From Felis catus (taxonomy: Eukaryota): DNA of 64,000 bases. The stretch covers positions 217,870,001-217,934,000 of the forward strand of contig NC_058368.1 of assembly GCF_018350175.1 (NCBI RefSeq), read 5' to 3'. The position numbers and the translations under genes are program-made. Every line of letters begins with the position of its first letter. Within the stretch, counting starts at the first letter, position 1. The notes beneath the pieces are model-generated. The model did not search any database. It was not told the DNA's origin and saw only the letters and a list, made by a program, of their open reading frames with translations. Shown here piece by piece: positions 1 to 14,120 of this stretch.

Positions 1-248
1 TGGTGAAGGAGTCAGGTAGGCTGTATTCTCCCCATATAAGCTTCCTATTCTATCCAGGATAATGTCCTATTTGAGTAAGTATAAATCAACTGCTCTGGGA
101 TCTTAATTATATTTGCAAGACCCTCTCATCTTTATCAAATAAACTAACCTTATCACTGGAATGACATTCCATCATTTTTATGGGTCTCGCCCATTCTCAA
201 GAGGCAAATACATATCTGGGGGACCATCTTATTATTCTGCCTACCACA
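1..248 (-). mobile_element. MaLR LTR fragment (MLT1-type), cut by window edge
   Basis: Ends in '...ttattctgcctaccaca', the reverse complement of the MLT1 start TGTGGTAGGCAGAATAA; left boundary unknown. Confidence 0.6.
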
Positions 249-1479
249 GAAGATTTAAAATATTTAAGCAAATTAACATCAAATAAACCTGAAACTTAAA
301 ACTATAACACCTGTGTTAAATACTCACCTAGACCTACAGGCAGGACAGTAAAGCTCTCTGAAACTCAGTTTCTTAATTTCAAAATTTAGAGGTCTAGATA
401 AAATGAACACAAAGGTCTCTATTTGTACTTAGATGGTATAATTTGACACTTATAAATATAACTTTAGTAACCTGGACAACTCGTCTCCCAATTATACTGT
501 ATAAATATGGTGCTACCACATTTAGCTTCAGCAAATACGGTTCCTTGACAGTCATTACTAAGACAGAACATAATTTCTTAAAGCAACATGGCGGTTTACT
601 CAATTCTTTCTCATTCTTAAGTATCAAATTATATTTGAAATCATAGTTTCTTTCTTAAAACTGCAGAAAGTCTTAATCCTAACTGATGAGTATTCAGATA
701 TAAATAATGGCACAATTTTTTCAAGTGCTGAAAATCATAGCAGTAAAACTGTTCTAATGTGTTAACTTAGCAATTAGAAGTCAATTAAATCTATATCATG
801 CTTGAGGTTTTATCTATATCTTGCAACAGATTACATGTTAATCACATTTGAAGACATAAGAAAAGATGAGCTGAATTTTCCCACATTTTATAGTATGTTT
901 TACTTTTCTTAATAATTCTCAGTTTTAATCATACAGATATATACCCATATTGCATACCTGTATCTATATATGTGTATATATTATGTACACAAACACACAC
1001 AAATCTATCTTTTATATTGAAAGCACTTAAAATAATGAATATACTATCAAAATATAAAGGAATGTTGGCATCATTTGCAAAATTAATACACCCCAAAATT
1101 AAAAAGACACATCTAAGTTGTGTGTATGTGTTTAAACCAAGTATATTTGGTAACTGAATGCATATTTCCCCAGAGCGAAATAAAAAAGCAACAGCAAATT
1201 AAAGGAATATCAAGTGGCTGAAAGCCAAATCCAGCTACTATCTACACCTCTCCAGATCATCTGCCCTGAGTCAAAGGAAGGCCCTGCTCAAAACTCAAGG
1301 TTGTTACTTGAGCTATTATCCCATTTACTCCTACACATTGATTTTTCTCTTTAAGATAATTCCTGTCAGCCCACGAACATCCTGTTAACTCTCCCACATT
1401 GAAAAACATCACTTATCTCCTCTTCTTCCACCAGACACGCCCTCGTTCTCCTCTTCCCTTTATAACAAAATGCTCTGAA

Positions 1480-2010
1480 TTCCCAGATTTTAATTCTTCT
1501 CTTCTCATTCTCCACTCCAACCACTCTACTCAGGCTTTTCTTCTGAGAGTGCTCACCAAGTCACTTCCTTTCATGTGCAATTTTCCAGTCCCCTCATTAC
1601 CTAACCAGTCAATAGTATTTGGTATAGATAAAGATTGTCCCTGTATTTCTTCTCTTCACTTCCAGGACAACATGCTCTCCTGGTTTTAATTTCACCTTAA
1701 TGTACTTTCTTTCTCTGTATCCTTTGCCATTCCCTCCTCTTTGCCAAACATTTGTATGTTGGAGTCCCAAGGGATCAAACCTGAGGCCCCTTCACTGCTG
1801 AAAATAATATGGTCCATTGATCTCATGGATTTAAATAGCCTATATTATGATGCCAACCAAATGTACAGCTTCATCTTAGATATTTCTAACTCTGATGGCT
1901 TATGGAACATAAACCTTGCATGGCTGATAGTCACCTCAAATGTCACATTTCCAAACTGACTCTATAATCTTCACTCTCAGTATTTGTAGCATCTACAGTC
2001 TTTTTTATTT
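1480..2010 (+). mobile_element. L2 LINE relic
   Basis: Degenerate pyrimidine-rich L2 motifs (ttccaggacaacatgctctcctggtttt, ggagtcccaagggatcaaacctgaggcccc, tctcatggatttaaata); boundaries approximate. Confidence 0.5.
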
Positions 2011-2739
2011 ATCTTAGCTTGAATAACCATGGTATTTTCATGAAGGTAATTAATTTAAAATGTAATCCCACATGGCATGATTGAAGAACAGGAGAAATGT
2101 AATGGGTAGACTGACACTTAACCAGAGGCAGTACCTAGAGGTGTGTGGGAGGAGGAGCCCATCATACGGTGAGGCCCATGAAGAGTCTCCATCTTGTACC
2201 ATGTTCCCAGGGAAAGAACATCAAGGTTAGAGAGTAGCTGCTCTCCGAAGACTAAATCATGCTTTCATTTGGTTTTTGAGTGTTTCTCTGTGGCAAATAC
2301 TCTCTAAGAGGTAATACCCTGAAACATTAAAATGCACATGCTTTGTTTCCATTCATGTGTTATTACAGGCATGCCTCTCCCACAATTTCCTGGTCTCAAA
2401 ACACCCAGTCATTCTCCTTCTGCCTTTTGGCCATGCAGCTGTGTCATTTGTCACCCTGAGTTTTGTCTGTCCTTATCATAGGCAATTTCTTGTTCCACAC
2501 AAAGTGAATATTTCAGTCCCTTGCATACAACATGAATTTTATGCCACATCTTAAAGATTTTTTAATGTAATAGCAGTCTATTTACCATTAGCCTCAATGT
2601 ATTATTTTGAACTTTCTCAACAAGACGTACAATTTTTCCTCCTCCTTCAGTTGATCATGTAGAACCCTCATGAAGCTACAGGTTTTTGAGGAAGAGGTAT
2701 CGATACAGCAGAGAGAAATGCCACAGAAGTCTGAGATAC

Positions 2740-3057
2740 CCAACTTGCCATAAATCAGATGGCTTATAGACAGTAGCAATATATTTGTCACAGTTCTGAA
2801 GTCTGGGAAGTCCAGAATCACAATGCTGGCAGATTCAGTGTCTGGTGAGAGCGTGTTCCTGGTCCATACATTGCTGTGTTCTTGCTGGTAAAAAGGGTGA
2901 GGGAGCCCTCTGGGGTTTCTATGATAAAAGCACTAATTTCATTCACAAGGGCTATACCCTCAGGACCTAACCACTTCCCAAAGTCCCCACATCATCACCT
3001 TGGGGGTCAGGATTTCCATATATAAATAATGGGGATACAGATATTCTGACCATAGCC
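2740..3057 (-). mobile_element. MaLR solo LTR (MLT1A-like)
   Basis: cacagttctgaagtctgggaagtccagaatc...ggcagattcagtgtctggtgag...ttctgaccatagc match the MLT1A reverse-strand pattern. Confidence 0.7.
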
Positions 3058-3230
3058 CTGATCATATAATTTAATTGAGCCAACTTATCTGGTTAAGTCT
3101 GATCTTTACTGTTTCATTTCGTGAGACAGATTGCTGCTGTACTTTCCTGACATTATGACTCAGGGGATCTGATCATTCCCTGCTCATCATGGACAACTTC
3201 AGGTGTCCTGTAGTCAAGCACTTAGTTTCT

Positions 3231-3453
3231 TTTTTTCTTTTTAAATTTTTTTAACATTTATTTATTTTTGAGACAGGGAGAGACAGCATGAACGGGGGAG
3301 GGTCAGAGAGAGAGGGAGACACAGAATCAGAAACAGGCTCCAGGCTCTGAGCTGTCAGCACAGAGCCTGACGCGGGGCTCGAACTCACGGACCACGAGAT
3401 CATGACCTGAGCCAAAGTCGGACGCTTAACCGACTGAGCCACCCAGGCGCCCT
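3231..3453 (-). mobile_element. Can-SINE (SINEC_Fc)
   Basis: Full head, (CT)n and A-tail on minus strand; 17-bp TSD tcaagcact(t/c)agtttct at 3214-3230 and 3454-3470. Confidence 0.97.
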
Positions 3454-3710
3454 TCAAGCACTCAGTTTCTATTAAGGCCCAGGAACAAACCAGGTAATAT
3501 TTTCGAAATGGGGATTATTTCTCTGTCAAAATAAAAACATGACCTTTCTCTCCCTTATACCTTCCTTGAAACTCTTTTATATACTGCCTTACCAGAGACT
3601 TTAGCACTGCCGTTTCATACAACACAAATATGTCTGGCACTAACGGCTCAGGGAACCTCAGGTAGCCTAAGTGGTAGGGTGGGTGGTAGCCAGTTGCTAC
3701 CTTTAAGAGA

Positions 3711-3711
3711 G

Positions 3712-3742
<31 letters not shown>
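3711..3742. repeat. (GTT)n microsatellite
   Basis: Direct inspection. Confidence 0.95.
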
Positions 3743-4869
3743 CGTCCTTTGCTTTGGCAACCTTTCATCAGAAGGAAAAACAAAATTGTAGACAGTATTC
3801 CCAACAACGGCATACATTCATTCACCAGTACAGAGCCACTTTCTTAGTGTTAGCCATACATTTCAAAGTTTTTCTTAGAGGAAATGTTACAGAATGGCCC
3901 AAATCATTGATACTCTAAAATATTTTACCAGGTCAGAAGAATTTTTTTTTCTTTTTTTTCCTTCCACCTTCACAAGCATGTATCTTAATAGGATTTTTTT
4001 TTATAATTGCTACATTCTGTTTGCTAATTCTAATTAGCATGGTGGCATTATTATACTGAAGAATGTGGGTATTGTACAGAATGTCAAAATTTTAAGACCT
4101 ATTTTATGTGCTGAGAGAGAGCAGGAGAATTAATGTCATTTCATGGCATGATCACAAATGTATGCTGCGGTCCTTTGCACATAAAAGTGAACTATTTTTA
4201 ATCCCCATGATTGATATAATCCTCCTGATTAAAAGAATGCATTTGTCAGATTAATAATCATATGCTAAGTAGATTTGTTCTAGTAAAGATACCACTTCCA
4301 ACACAAGCTGCCCAGCTGAAGTTATCACGTAGCTACGTTTATGATACTGTGCCCACATATATCACAGTCTATCTTGTCTGTGTAGGAGCCTGACATGTGG
4401 ATGAAGTCAGATATGATAGGGTCTCCCACCCCAAAACTTTAATGTTGATCATTGTCCTAATATGATTTACAATTCCCTCCCTAGGTTACGGTGAAATGAT
4501 TGGTTTTCCAAATGACTCCATGGACCCACGAGACCCACTATAAGGTGAATGTGACTCAAACACCACTGCATACCCACCATCTATTTGTTCCTATTTTAAC
4601 TGAAGGGATCTGATAGGGTTTGGAGTTGCCTAGTGTTATTTTTAGTGCAGATTCTCTATATCCCTCTTAAAAACTATTATTAAGTATATAATATAATAAT
4701 TATTATTTTTCTTCAGAATTAACCTCGTAAATAGCTGAAGGTCCCTCTGTGGAAAAATCTTGTTGTTGTTTTATTTGCTTGTTTCTTTAATACATTTAAG
4801 TGGTATTAAGTTGTCCTTCTTCAAGAAAACAGTTCTTCTATTCAAACAACAGCCTCTGGATCTCTGACC

Positions 4870-5430
4870 AAAGTTCTCATAATGTCATACTAGATCTGGT
4901 GTACTTATTACCCCTTCAATATGTTGGACTACTGCCTCCCTGGCCAACTCTCCTCCAGCCACACTATGCCCAGTAGCTTATTGAGGGAGCCCAGGCAAAC
5001 TTCTATCTAAAGGCAATTAGATATTTCTTCTCCCTTGAATTTTTTCCCAAAGGTATGCACATGCCTCTTGTTTTTGTCCATTCAGGACTCGAATATTATC
5101 TTCAAATAAAGCCAACTCTAATCATTCTACATAAAACTGAAAACTTATCTCCACACCAACTATCCTTGATCCTCATTACCTCGTTTATTAATTTCCATAG
5201 CATGTATCACCTACTTATATATTATTAACTGATTTATTAGGTTTAATTTTATGTACTCATTCACTATTCTACAAATTCCATGAAAGAAGATGTCTTTGTT
5301 TCTTTTGTCTATGTCTATACACCAAATTCACTGATACAATAATACACAACACTGTATCCCAAGCACTGCTAAAAAGAGCTTGGAACAAATAGATGCTCAA
5401 TATATAGTCGTTAAATATTTGTATTTTATT
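4870..5430 (+). mobile_element. L2 3' end relic
   Basis: ctcctccagccacact..., gcttggaacaaatagatgctcaata resemble the L2a 3' tail; boundaries approximate. Confidence 0.5.
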
Positions 5431-6618
5431 GAACTTTTGTAGTGGTTTAGTCTACTGTTTTAATTAATTTGTGCTTTTAAGTTAGAATTTCCATCGACTA
5501 TTTTATCATGACTACAGCTGGGTGTCTTCTTCATTCAAAACAGATGTTATTTTACCTGACTAGTTGTTGTAATAATCTAAATACATAAAACCTAACATAA
5601 CATCTTTATTGCAAACACACAGTCATTTGTCTTCCTGAAATTTAAATACTTTTAAGGATATAAGATACTGGATATTTGGTATTTCAAGTAGGTAAGGGAA
5701 ATTCTTGGATAATATAACTATAAACAGAAAGGGTCAAATTTCGACCCCAGAAATTTTGCATCAAAATGGTCTGTATTTGTTATCTGTAAATACCAAGTGC
5801 ATGAATCAGAAATCTGGGTCCTCCCAATTGTACAATATTCACAGATATATGGAAGCTATTTTTATTTTACATGAAGGTTTCCGTTTATATGATCCATAAG
5901 ATACTCCCCAATACTAGATCACTTTTCAGTACATCAATACATCTACGATGATGTTTCACATAAAATTCTTTTCCCACCTCCAAGGTGATGACAGTAATCT
6001 TGGGTTTAGAGACATGCCATAATACCCACAGACATTATTCCTGACTTAGTGATAAGAAGGCAAAAATTAGTTTATACAATAGGAGTAGAATATTGATAAC
6101 AGAATAAGTATAGAATGAAAAGAACACACATATAAGAGAAAAAATGGTGTTTGTTAAATCATCAATCATTGAACTCTAAAAGAACTTAGATTCTTAAGTG
6201 GGAAACCTCCCAAATCCCAGAATAGAAAGCATCATCTTCATTTCCATTATAATTTTTCCTTATTTTTTTTTCTATTTCTTCTCTAAATTCATCCCCAAAT
6301 GTGAATAGAGGAAAAAAAGAAAGAAACTGTAAATTTGTCATATCTGACACCATTTATTTTATAAAACAAAAAGAAGGAATCTGGACTTATTTGTTCCATA
6401 GGAAAAGTGGTCCTTGAGAGTGTATTTCTGTGTTGCAGTGACGGAGGGGCAGTAATAGAAAGGGAAAGACCAAAAGAAAGGATTTAAGGAAGTGTGAAGA
6501 CCAGGGGAGAGAAGGAGGAAGATAGCTATGCTCTTTGGAATAACCTCTTAAAGCCTAGAGCACATCCATGGAAGCCAAGGATCTCAAAAGGCCTAGGGAC
6601 TGAGGTCTTGTAGTGCAA

Positions 6619-6653
6619 AATAATAACAATAATAATAATAATAATAATAATAA
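6619..6653. repeat. (AAT)n microsatellite
   Basis: Direct inspection. Confidence 0.9.
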
Positions 6654-8094
6654 ATGAGGAATCTATACTAAAAGCACTACAGACATGAATATTTTCCTAC
6701 TCCTGACATCTACGTGTATTCATTATTCTACTGTGTGATTCATTCCTTTAAAATGTATTCATTAGTTCATGGTTAATGTCTAGTGGATCCCAGTATATTT
6801 TTGGTTCAGGTATGGGTAAGTGAAAGTATTTGCATGTCTGTCAAATGTCTGTAGCTATCTGACAGCCATCTTTAGTATACATAAAATGGCCCAATGTATG
6901 GTAGAAAATAGCTACCTACGGATGATGATCTGGAGACACATAGTGTGCAAAATTCTTAATTATGCTATTTCCAGAGGATACACAGAAAGGTGCCCTTATA
7001 GGGACTGAGAAGGAAACCTTGTCACCTGTGTGACAAAAATACAGAACCACTTGCCATGCATTGTTCTTCTGTTTGTTCATTTCACTTGTGTGAGAGGACC
7101 TTCTCCAATTTTGCCATTTATGGAAATTCTACTGAACTTTCCAAGCTCATTTCAAATGCCATCTCCCTCACTAGAACAACTGAATTTTTGAGCTCTTTGA
7201 AGGTGAGACTTATTCGTTCATGTAATTGTGTACTTATAACAAACAATTGGTATATATTTGTTTCATGATTTAATAAGGCATTCTTAAATTTCTGTCATAA
7301 ATAATTTTTATGGCCCACCTACTGCCACAGAAATATTCTGGTAACAATGGGAAAAACTTGATTCTCTTTTATATATATATTAGATTAAGACTTGTCTTTT
7401 TCTCCTCTTTATCCCAATCACTTTGATAAAAAAAAATAATTGTGTCAATGCTTCCTATGTCTTTAAAATCATTTCTTTGTGTAAACACTGTGGATATTGA
7501 ATACACACACAGTGCAAACACAAATATGTTTCCTATTACCAAATGTCTACTTCATCCTAGTTAAGCTCCTCTTAAAAGCTAATGGCTCTAATAGGCTGGG
7601 TGGTCTAACCCTAAAGTTAAGCTTTTGTTTCATAATGTTGCCTCTCTGGCTACATTTTTTTTTTCCTGTAGAATACCACCCATAAAATTTTTAGGATGAG
7701 ATCACAGAAATCTATGTGATTAACTCATAGAAAACCTTGATTCTCTCATTTTCCCTCCACCCAGGAAATCTGTTTGCTTCTGCATTTTCAAAGGCAGGGC
7801 ATGACAGAAAACTTCATAGCTGTTCTACAAGATTTCTGTAAAACAATAAGAAGATTAAAAAAAACCCTGAAAACTATGTGATTAAGCATTACTTATGATA
7901 AGAAAAATACTCAGAACTATACGAACACACATTTTTAAAGTAACTTAGAAGAACTAATGTTCAAAGCAGGTTTTTATACCCTTCCATGTATCTATTTCTA
8001 AACCACTAATACCTAATCCACCTAGAAAGGTATGCTCCATGCTTACAATTCTCTAAGACCACAAGAATGTCAACAACCTTTGCATGGTAGAATA

Positions 8095-8230
8095 CTGTCA
8101 CTTATTATCTATGTGAACTTGAATAAGTTAGTTGACGTCTTTAAATTCTGGTTCCCTTAATTTCCTAAGATGAGACTAATAATTGCCTAGTCTGCTTGGA
8201 TATAGTTATTATTAAATAAATTTTCTGAAA
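8095..8230 (+). mobile_element. MIR relic
   Basis: cttattatctatgtgaacttgaataagtta...ctggttccctt...aagatgagactaataat resembles the MIR core. Confidence 0.45.
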
Positions 8231-10945
8231 CATTTGAAACAGAAAAAAATAGCCAAATTTCTTTAAATAATATTAAAATAGTTCATACAGTATTAAATTA
8301 AAATAGACAAACTGAATGCTCCCTATGTGTTTGGGTCCCTTTACATCAGCATCAGCATCAGCATCAGGCGTGATAAATTAGTAATGACTATGTCTCTGAA
8401 ATTAGATCACACTAACAAGAAAATATCTGAATGTGTCATATTATGTCAAATAATGCAGCCCAAAGCTTTGTCTCATTCTTAAATGTTACTTCCAATAGGA
8501 AATCCAATTTTTGAAATGATTCATAAGAGACCATATAGTTTCAAAGACACATTCTCTACCTCTGTCTCCATTGAGAGAGAATGACAGGGAAATTTGAGTG
8601 TGTTTTTCTCTGGGTTTGGAGAGGTTATCTTTCAGGTTGATTTTAGGTTCTGTAACATGTTGATAACAGCCTGTCTGAGTTGATGTGTCTACATTGATTT
8701 TCCTTTGGGTGAGCCACACACATATTGTGTGAAGTGAGGTCCTTCGAGCACCTTACTGCACTTTTGAACAAATTACTGTTATTTTGGAAAAGAAAAATGA
8801 GTCGTAAGACTTCTATCACCAATACCCTGAAAACATTGCCACTTTTTAAAATTTTGGCTTTGATTAGGTACTTTTACAATGAATATCCAGAAATTTCAGA
8901 GTTAAAGGTTGACATATTTAGATTCTTTAATATTCTATATATGTGGGTTTTTCAGTGGAAGAACGAATGTTCTACAAACATAAAGAGAAAGTAAAAATTA
9001 TTATCAGCCTTTAAGATGAACGAAAAACTTGAATTTAAAATATTCCTCACTAGTAGAACACAAATTTTGAAATATGAGGACAAAATATATTCTTACCTAT
9101 TTGGTATACCTGGTTTTATTTTTACTGTTGATTTTCCCTAAAAACACTAAGTGAGAGGAGGGATAGTTATCGACATCTACTTAGAAACAAAGAAAAGCCC
9201 TGTAAACCCTGGTCACAAGATGCAGGTACCATTGTTCAACAATCAAGAAAACTAAAAGGAAATAGTAGGGATAGAAATGCCTACACCATTGAGGCCCATA
9301 ATTTGGAGCTTGTAAGAACAGGCTTCTCAGAACACACAAAGAGTCAAAGCTTTTGTTCGAAAAGAGCTAAAGCACTCAATCTTTTCCTGTGGCCAGCACT
9401 TTCTCTGTACGGTGTAAGAGTACATAACATTTTAGAATCATTAAGGCAAAGGAAATGTGAAAATGTCCTTTTGGAATTCTAGGAAAGTATTCTTCCTGCA
9501 CTATAAAATCACCTATTCATTATGATTCAAGGACTATATTTAGATTTCACACATAATCTTCCTGGGGATGTTAAACTGAAAAGCATTTTTGTAATATCAT
9601 GTGAGTTCATTAACATCAGAGAAATCTGTGCTGATATATTTTATTTTATTTTCCTTTTTCCCATCTATCTCTTCAGTAATATTCTTTCTCCTATGACTTA
9701 CTTACAACTGGAGCTATGGGACTTTGTGATTTTTTTTGGTAATTCTCTAATATACCTGTAAATTGTGATTATCGACACCACAATTATGATTTTTAAGATA
9801 AACTCTGCACTGTGCCTATGGAATTTAAAATAATATTTCTACCTGAAAAAGCATTTTGTCTAAGTTAACATATAACTGATATTTGGTTTTTATTGATATT
9901 CTCAAGCTTTCATTTACTTAAGGTAAGCTATTCAAGAGTATCTTCTTTTGAATTCTGCTTGTGCCCTTATTTAAAGTACTAAGCTTAGTTATCAGTGTAT
10001 TTTCATTAAAAATCATGAAGAGTGGGGAAAAAAGGTCAAGTGAAGGAACTATAGAAAAGAAAATTAACAAAAATTTCCTAAGTGAAGCCCACTTTTTTAC
10101 CCTTTTATTAATATTTTTCTATAAACTCTGTATCTTATTTGATATTACAAATGCAATAATTATTTACACTACCTTCATAATTAAAATATTACCATAAAGT
10201 TTCCGTATTTTTATTTGTTAATAATTAATTTTACAAACCACCATTTTTATCTAACTGTAAGAAACCTTTTTTAAAATTTTAGCTTATTTATTCAATTAGT
10301 GATTGCTGACATGTTATAAAATACTGGTAACAAAGGGAATAAACAAAAGGAGACTTTCAACTTTCAGGAGTATCCAAGCACTGTCCATCCCAAACATACA
10401 TATACTTTTTAAAAAAATCATCTTTGAAGATGAAAGAAAAACAAATCTAGACAATCAGGAAAAACAAATTCAGAAGAACTAATAAACCAAAACAGTTTCT
10501 CTCAGCCAATTAAACACAGAAAGTAAAACAAAAGGATGTTTATGCTAGTTACACCATTATTGATAGGAACAGATATAATTTATTAAACACCTAGTGTATC
10601 AGAGCTCTGGGGACTTAGATCAGTTCAAAGTTCTTTGGATATAGTTCACTTTTAATAGATAGTATGTTAGATGTCACCTATGAAACTAAAGCAAACAGAT
10701 ATAATTTCCAACTTGATGCTAACAAAAATATAACTAGTAATACAGATAACAATCTACCACAATAAACTCTAGTACACAATATTCAAATGCTCTATGAGCA
10801 TATAAGTGGTCATTTAGCCCATACATAAGGTGTCAGATGAGGTCTGAAGGGTAAGTACCAGGTAAAGTGAGTTTATGGTGTTGCCAGGGATAGAGACAAA
10901 AACCAAGTTTCCAGATAAAGGAAAACACATAAATGGAAAGTACTA

Positions 10946-11425
10946 TGAAGGGTTTGAGATTTTGCTCCATTTGCAAGCTAACAAATTAGCCTACTATGGT
11001 ATAAATGCTACAAAGAAGGGCACACAACTCCTGGATCAGACGAAAAGAACCCTGCTACAGCAGAGCAAACGGCATGAGCCCCATGGTCATGTTCTTTCAT
11101 ATTACCTCCTGAAGTACATGGTTGGGGTGGGGGTGGGAGGGACAGAGGGATGTTGCTCACACAAGGGGTTTGCATGGCAGCTGAGGAACCCAAGCTTAGG
11201 ACACTTCAGTCTTTTACTAGAGGATACACACCATCTACCCAACCTTTGCCTCAGAGACATATCATCTTGATCATACTGGACAGCAAATAGAATCACCCAG
11301 TCCTGGAGGTAGACACTGCGGCTTCCCAGGCTACCCTCTACACAATCTTGAGAAGTTAGTCTTACACAAAAGGTTGGGAGCACCTCTGTTTGCAAAACGT
11401 GCACAAGAAGAAGACTATGTTTTGG
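10946..11425. mobile_element. Ancient ERVL-class solo LTR (MER74/MER54-like)
   Basis: Begins tgaagggtttgagattttgctccatttgcaagctaacaaattagcct, matching a recalled terminus of this LTR group; subfamily and right end uncertain. Confidence 0.55.
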
Positions 11426-11987
11426 TATAGTTTATATAAGTATCAGAAATGTTTTTCCTTTTCCTGGGAGATTGATACACTTTATCCATGAATATAGCTG
11501 AATGTATCCCTTTGGATGAAGGCCTGGAAAAAGTACTTTGATTTTGTCCCAAATTCTTCCACCGCTAAGATTCGTTGATATTTTGGATCCCTCCTGAGAT
11601 ACGTTTGTATGATTTACCTTTTTGCAGGAAATCATCTCTTTCAATGAGATTAAAATTAACTTGCATAAGAATTTGTAAAGTGCTTTTATAGTACTTTTAA
11701 TTTCCTCTTTCAGGGAGTATTATTCCCCTTTCATGTCTAATTTTGAATGTTTGTAGCTATTCTTGTTTCCCCCTTAGGCTCTGGATTTTTTTTTTATAAA
11801 CAGCTTTTGAAGTTTTAAAGCCATTATAATCTTCCTTATTTTTTATTTTGCAAACAATGATTTTTGCTTTGATTTTTTATAATTTCATCACTTGGCTCAC
11901 TGTGTGATTTAGATGCCCAAAAATTTATTTAACTATTGACTATTGGTGATCCTTTCTGTTTCCTGTAACTATAAATGCTCCCATTGT

Positions 11988-11988
<1 letters not shown>

Positions 11989-12036
<48 letters not shown>
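11989..12036. repeat. (GT)n microsatellite
   Basis: Direct inspection. Confidence 0.97.
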
Positions 12037-12039
<3 letters not shown>

Positions 12040-12189
12040 TTACCTCTCCTGCTGCCATTTTATTTTTCCTTTACAAGCAACTTTCATGAAGCAGGGGTCT
12101 ATACACTTAGTGTCTACTTCTCCTAAGCTGTCTTTTAGTGTTCAAATAGTTGCCTCTTAATATGACTTCTGTCTATATTAGTCCCCTAC

Positions 12190-12720
12190 ACTTAGTGAAA
12201 ACTCCTCCTATTTATACTATTTGTCACTTCTTATTCGGATCATCTTTCTTTACTTGGCATCTGAATGTTGGATTTTATTGAGGTTCAGCTGTGAAACATT
12301 TCCACTTGATGTCCTAAGAAACCTCAGGACATTCCAAGTCCAAATTCCAACTGCAAATTTCCATCATTCCATCACTCCATCATTCCAACTCCAAATTTAC
12401 TTCCTCTTCTGTATATTCTATCTAAAAAGATACCAACAAACATCCATCAAGTTTCCAAGTTAGAAACATAGGAGTTAATACTATTATTTAATTCAACTTG
12501 CAATCCCCACTACATTCTGTCAATATTAACTAATTCTGTCAATTTTAGATAGATTTTAAACAAGATTTCTATATCCAAGCTGTAATCTTCTAAGTGAATT
12601 TATTGTAATTCTTTCCTATCTTTCTATTTTCATTCAAATATTGGCCTATGTTCCATTTCCCACACTTCAGCACTGTGATCTTTTAAAAATATACAGCTGA
12701 TCAATGATCGGTTTCTCAGT
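12190..12720 (+). mobile_element. L2 relic
   Basis: catttccacttgatgtcctaagaaacctcagg..., catccatcaagtttccaagttagaaac..., ccacacttcagcactgtgatctttt resemble L2. Confidence 0.45.
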
Positions 12721-12892
12721 GGGTGTAAATATTTTATGAGAGAAGGTACCATTAATGTTTTCACCCAGGAATTTTTCTTATAATAGTACCTAATAAAAAC
12801 ACTGAAGCCATTCATTTTTTTAAGTTGAATTTCTGCATATTTTCTTTATGACAGATACTGTTTAAGTTACTGGTTAAAAATGCAAATAAACC

Positions 12893-13108
12893 GGGGCGCC
12901 TGGGTGGCGCAGTCGGTTAAGCGTCCGACTTCAGCCAGGTCACGATCTCGCGGTCAGGGAGTTCGAGCCCCGCCTCAGGCTCTGGGCTGATGGCTCAGAG
13001 CCTGGAGCCTGTTTCCGATTCTGTGTCTCCCTCTCTCTCTGCCCCTCCCCCGTTCATGCTCTGTCTCTCTCTGTCCCAAAAATAAATAAACGTTGAAAAA
13101 AATTTAAA
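12893..13108 (+). mobile_element. Young Can-SINE (SINEC_Fc), CpG-rich
   Basis: A box tggcgcagtcgg, B box gttcgagcc; perfect 17-bp TSD aaaaatgcaaataaacc (12876-12892, 13109-13125). Confidence 0.98.
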
Positions 13109-13563
13109 AAAAATGCAAATAAACCATGGTTCCAGTTTTCAAGGAAACTTCCGTGTTTAACAGATCAGTAACACTGATTTTGTAGACATTATATATATTT
13201 CAATACAGACTGACCAACCTTAAGTGTCTTCAGTGAGTGGTGTCATCTGCTGTTAGCCTCCTCTTTCAAACCAAAGGTCTATTCAACTACTCTAGACAAC
13301 TCTAAAGAATTTCAGCCTATTTATAAATTAGACTAAGCCAATTGAGTCTTTTGACTTCTGGAGTTATTCCAAAGTGGGGATTTATGCAAAACAACAAAGT
13401 ATGTAAGGAACAAAAATACTGGACTTGATCTCTTCTATCCTGGTTTCCAATGGTTGGTAAACTGACACCTCTTCCACATGGACACCATTCATACATCTTT
13501 TTTTTTTAATGGGTTTCTAGTTGTAGGTCTATACATATTGCTGATGCAGCCAAATCTCTAAGT

Positions 13564-13734
13564 CAGTGGTTCTCAAACTTTAGAGGGTATCAGAATCACC
13601 GGGTGAGCTTGCTAACACATAGATTACTAGTCTCTACCAAAATATTCCTGCTTTAGTTGGTTGAGGGAATGAGTAATAATTTGTATTTCTAAAAAGGCCC
13701 CAGATGATGCAGGGACACTCTTTGAGAAACACTG
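13564..13734. mobile_element. hAT-Charlie MITE (MER5A-like)
   Basis: Terminal inverted repeats cagtggttctcaaa ... tttgagaaacactg; internal tcagaatcacc motif. Confidence 0.8.
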
Positions 13735-14049
13735 GTATAAATCATATAAACAAAAATTTTAGACCTGTGGGAAGGTATTATATTTTACAAACCTTTCATT
13801 TTGGTATGAAAGGCATGCTGACATTTGTTAGGATTTTTTCAGCTTTGTCATTGTTACAGCTCTCATCTAATATTCTCAACCTAAGGCTCCAATCATCTAA
13901 TGGGACAGGAAGCACATGAAGGGTGTCTAATTCCCTAGAACTTCAGAGAAAATAACAAAACATTCTTTTCATTTTAGACTCTCTAAAATGCATTAGGAGA
14001 CTCTATTGGTCAGCCTAATACTACCCAACTCATTTTTTCTAAAACATAT

Positions 14050-14071
14050 ACATACACATTCACACACACAA

Positions 14072-14116
<45 letters not shown>
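14050..14116. repeat. (CA)n microsatellite, imperfect 5' part
   Basis: Direct inspection. Confidence 0.95.

Positions 14117-14120
<4 letters not shown>

Larger units (their letters stand above)
2050..3560 (-). mobile_element. ERVL-class endogenous retrovirus pol fossil (tether/RNase H region), interrupted by an MLT1 LTR and a SINE
   Basis: Minus-strand pieces SPFRKYYLVCSWALIETE, CLTTGH..SDPLSHNVRKVQQQS, VLHDQLKEEEK and ENDWVF*DQEI are collinear with recalled ERVL pol motifs (SPFEKQLLACYWALVETE, SDPSSHKVGRAQQHS, VPYDQLTEEEK, EHDWKIGDKEI); many stops and frameshifts. Confidence 0.7.

Noticed and set aside
4485..4543. Possible small plus-strand exon (ccctccctag|GTTACG...TATAAG|gtgaat)
   Set aside because: Weak donor, stops in all frames from the acceptor, and no supporting neighbouring exons
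10875..11404. 131-aa and 100-aa ORFs
   Set aside because: They lie largely in an old LTR-like element and have no recognisable domain
12893..12975. tRNA-like A and B boxes
   Set aside because: These are tRNA-derived Can-SINE heads, not tRNA genes; the same applies to all SINE copies
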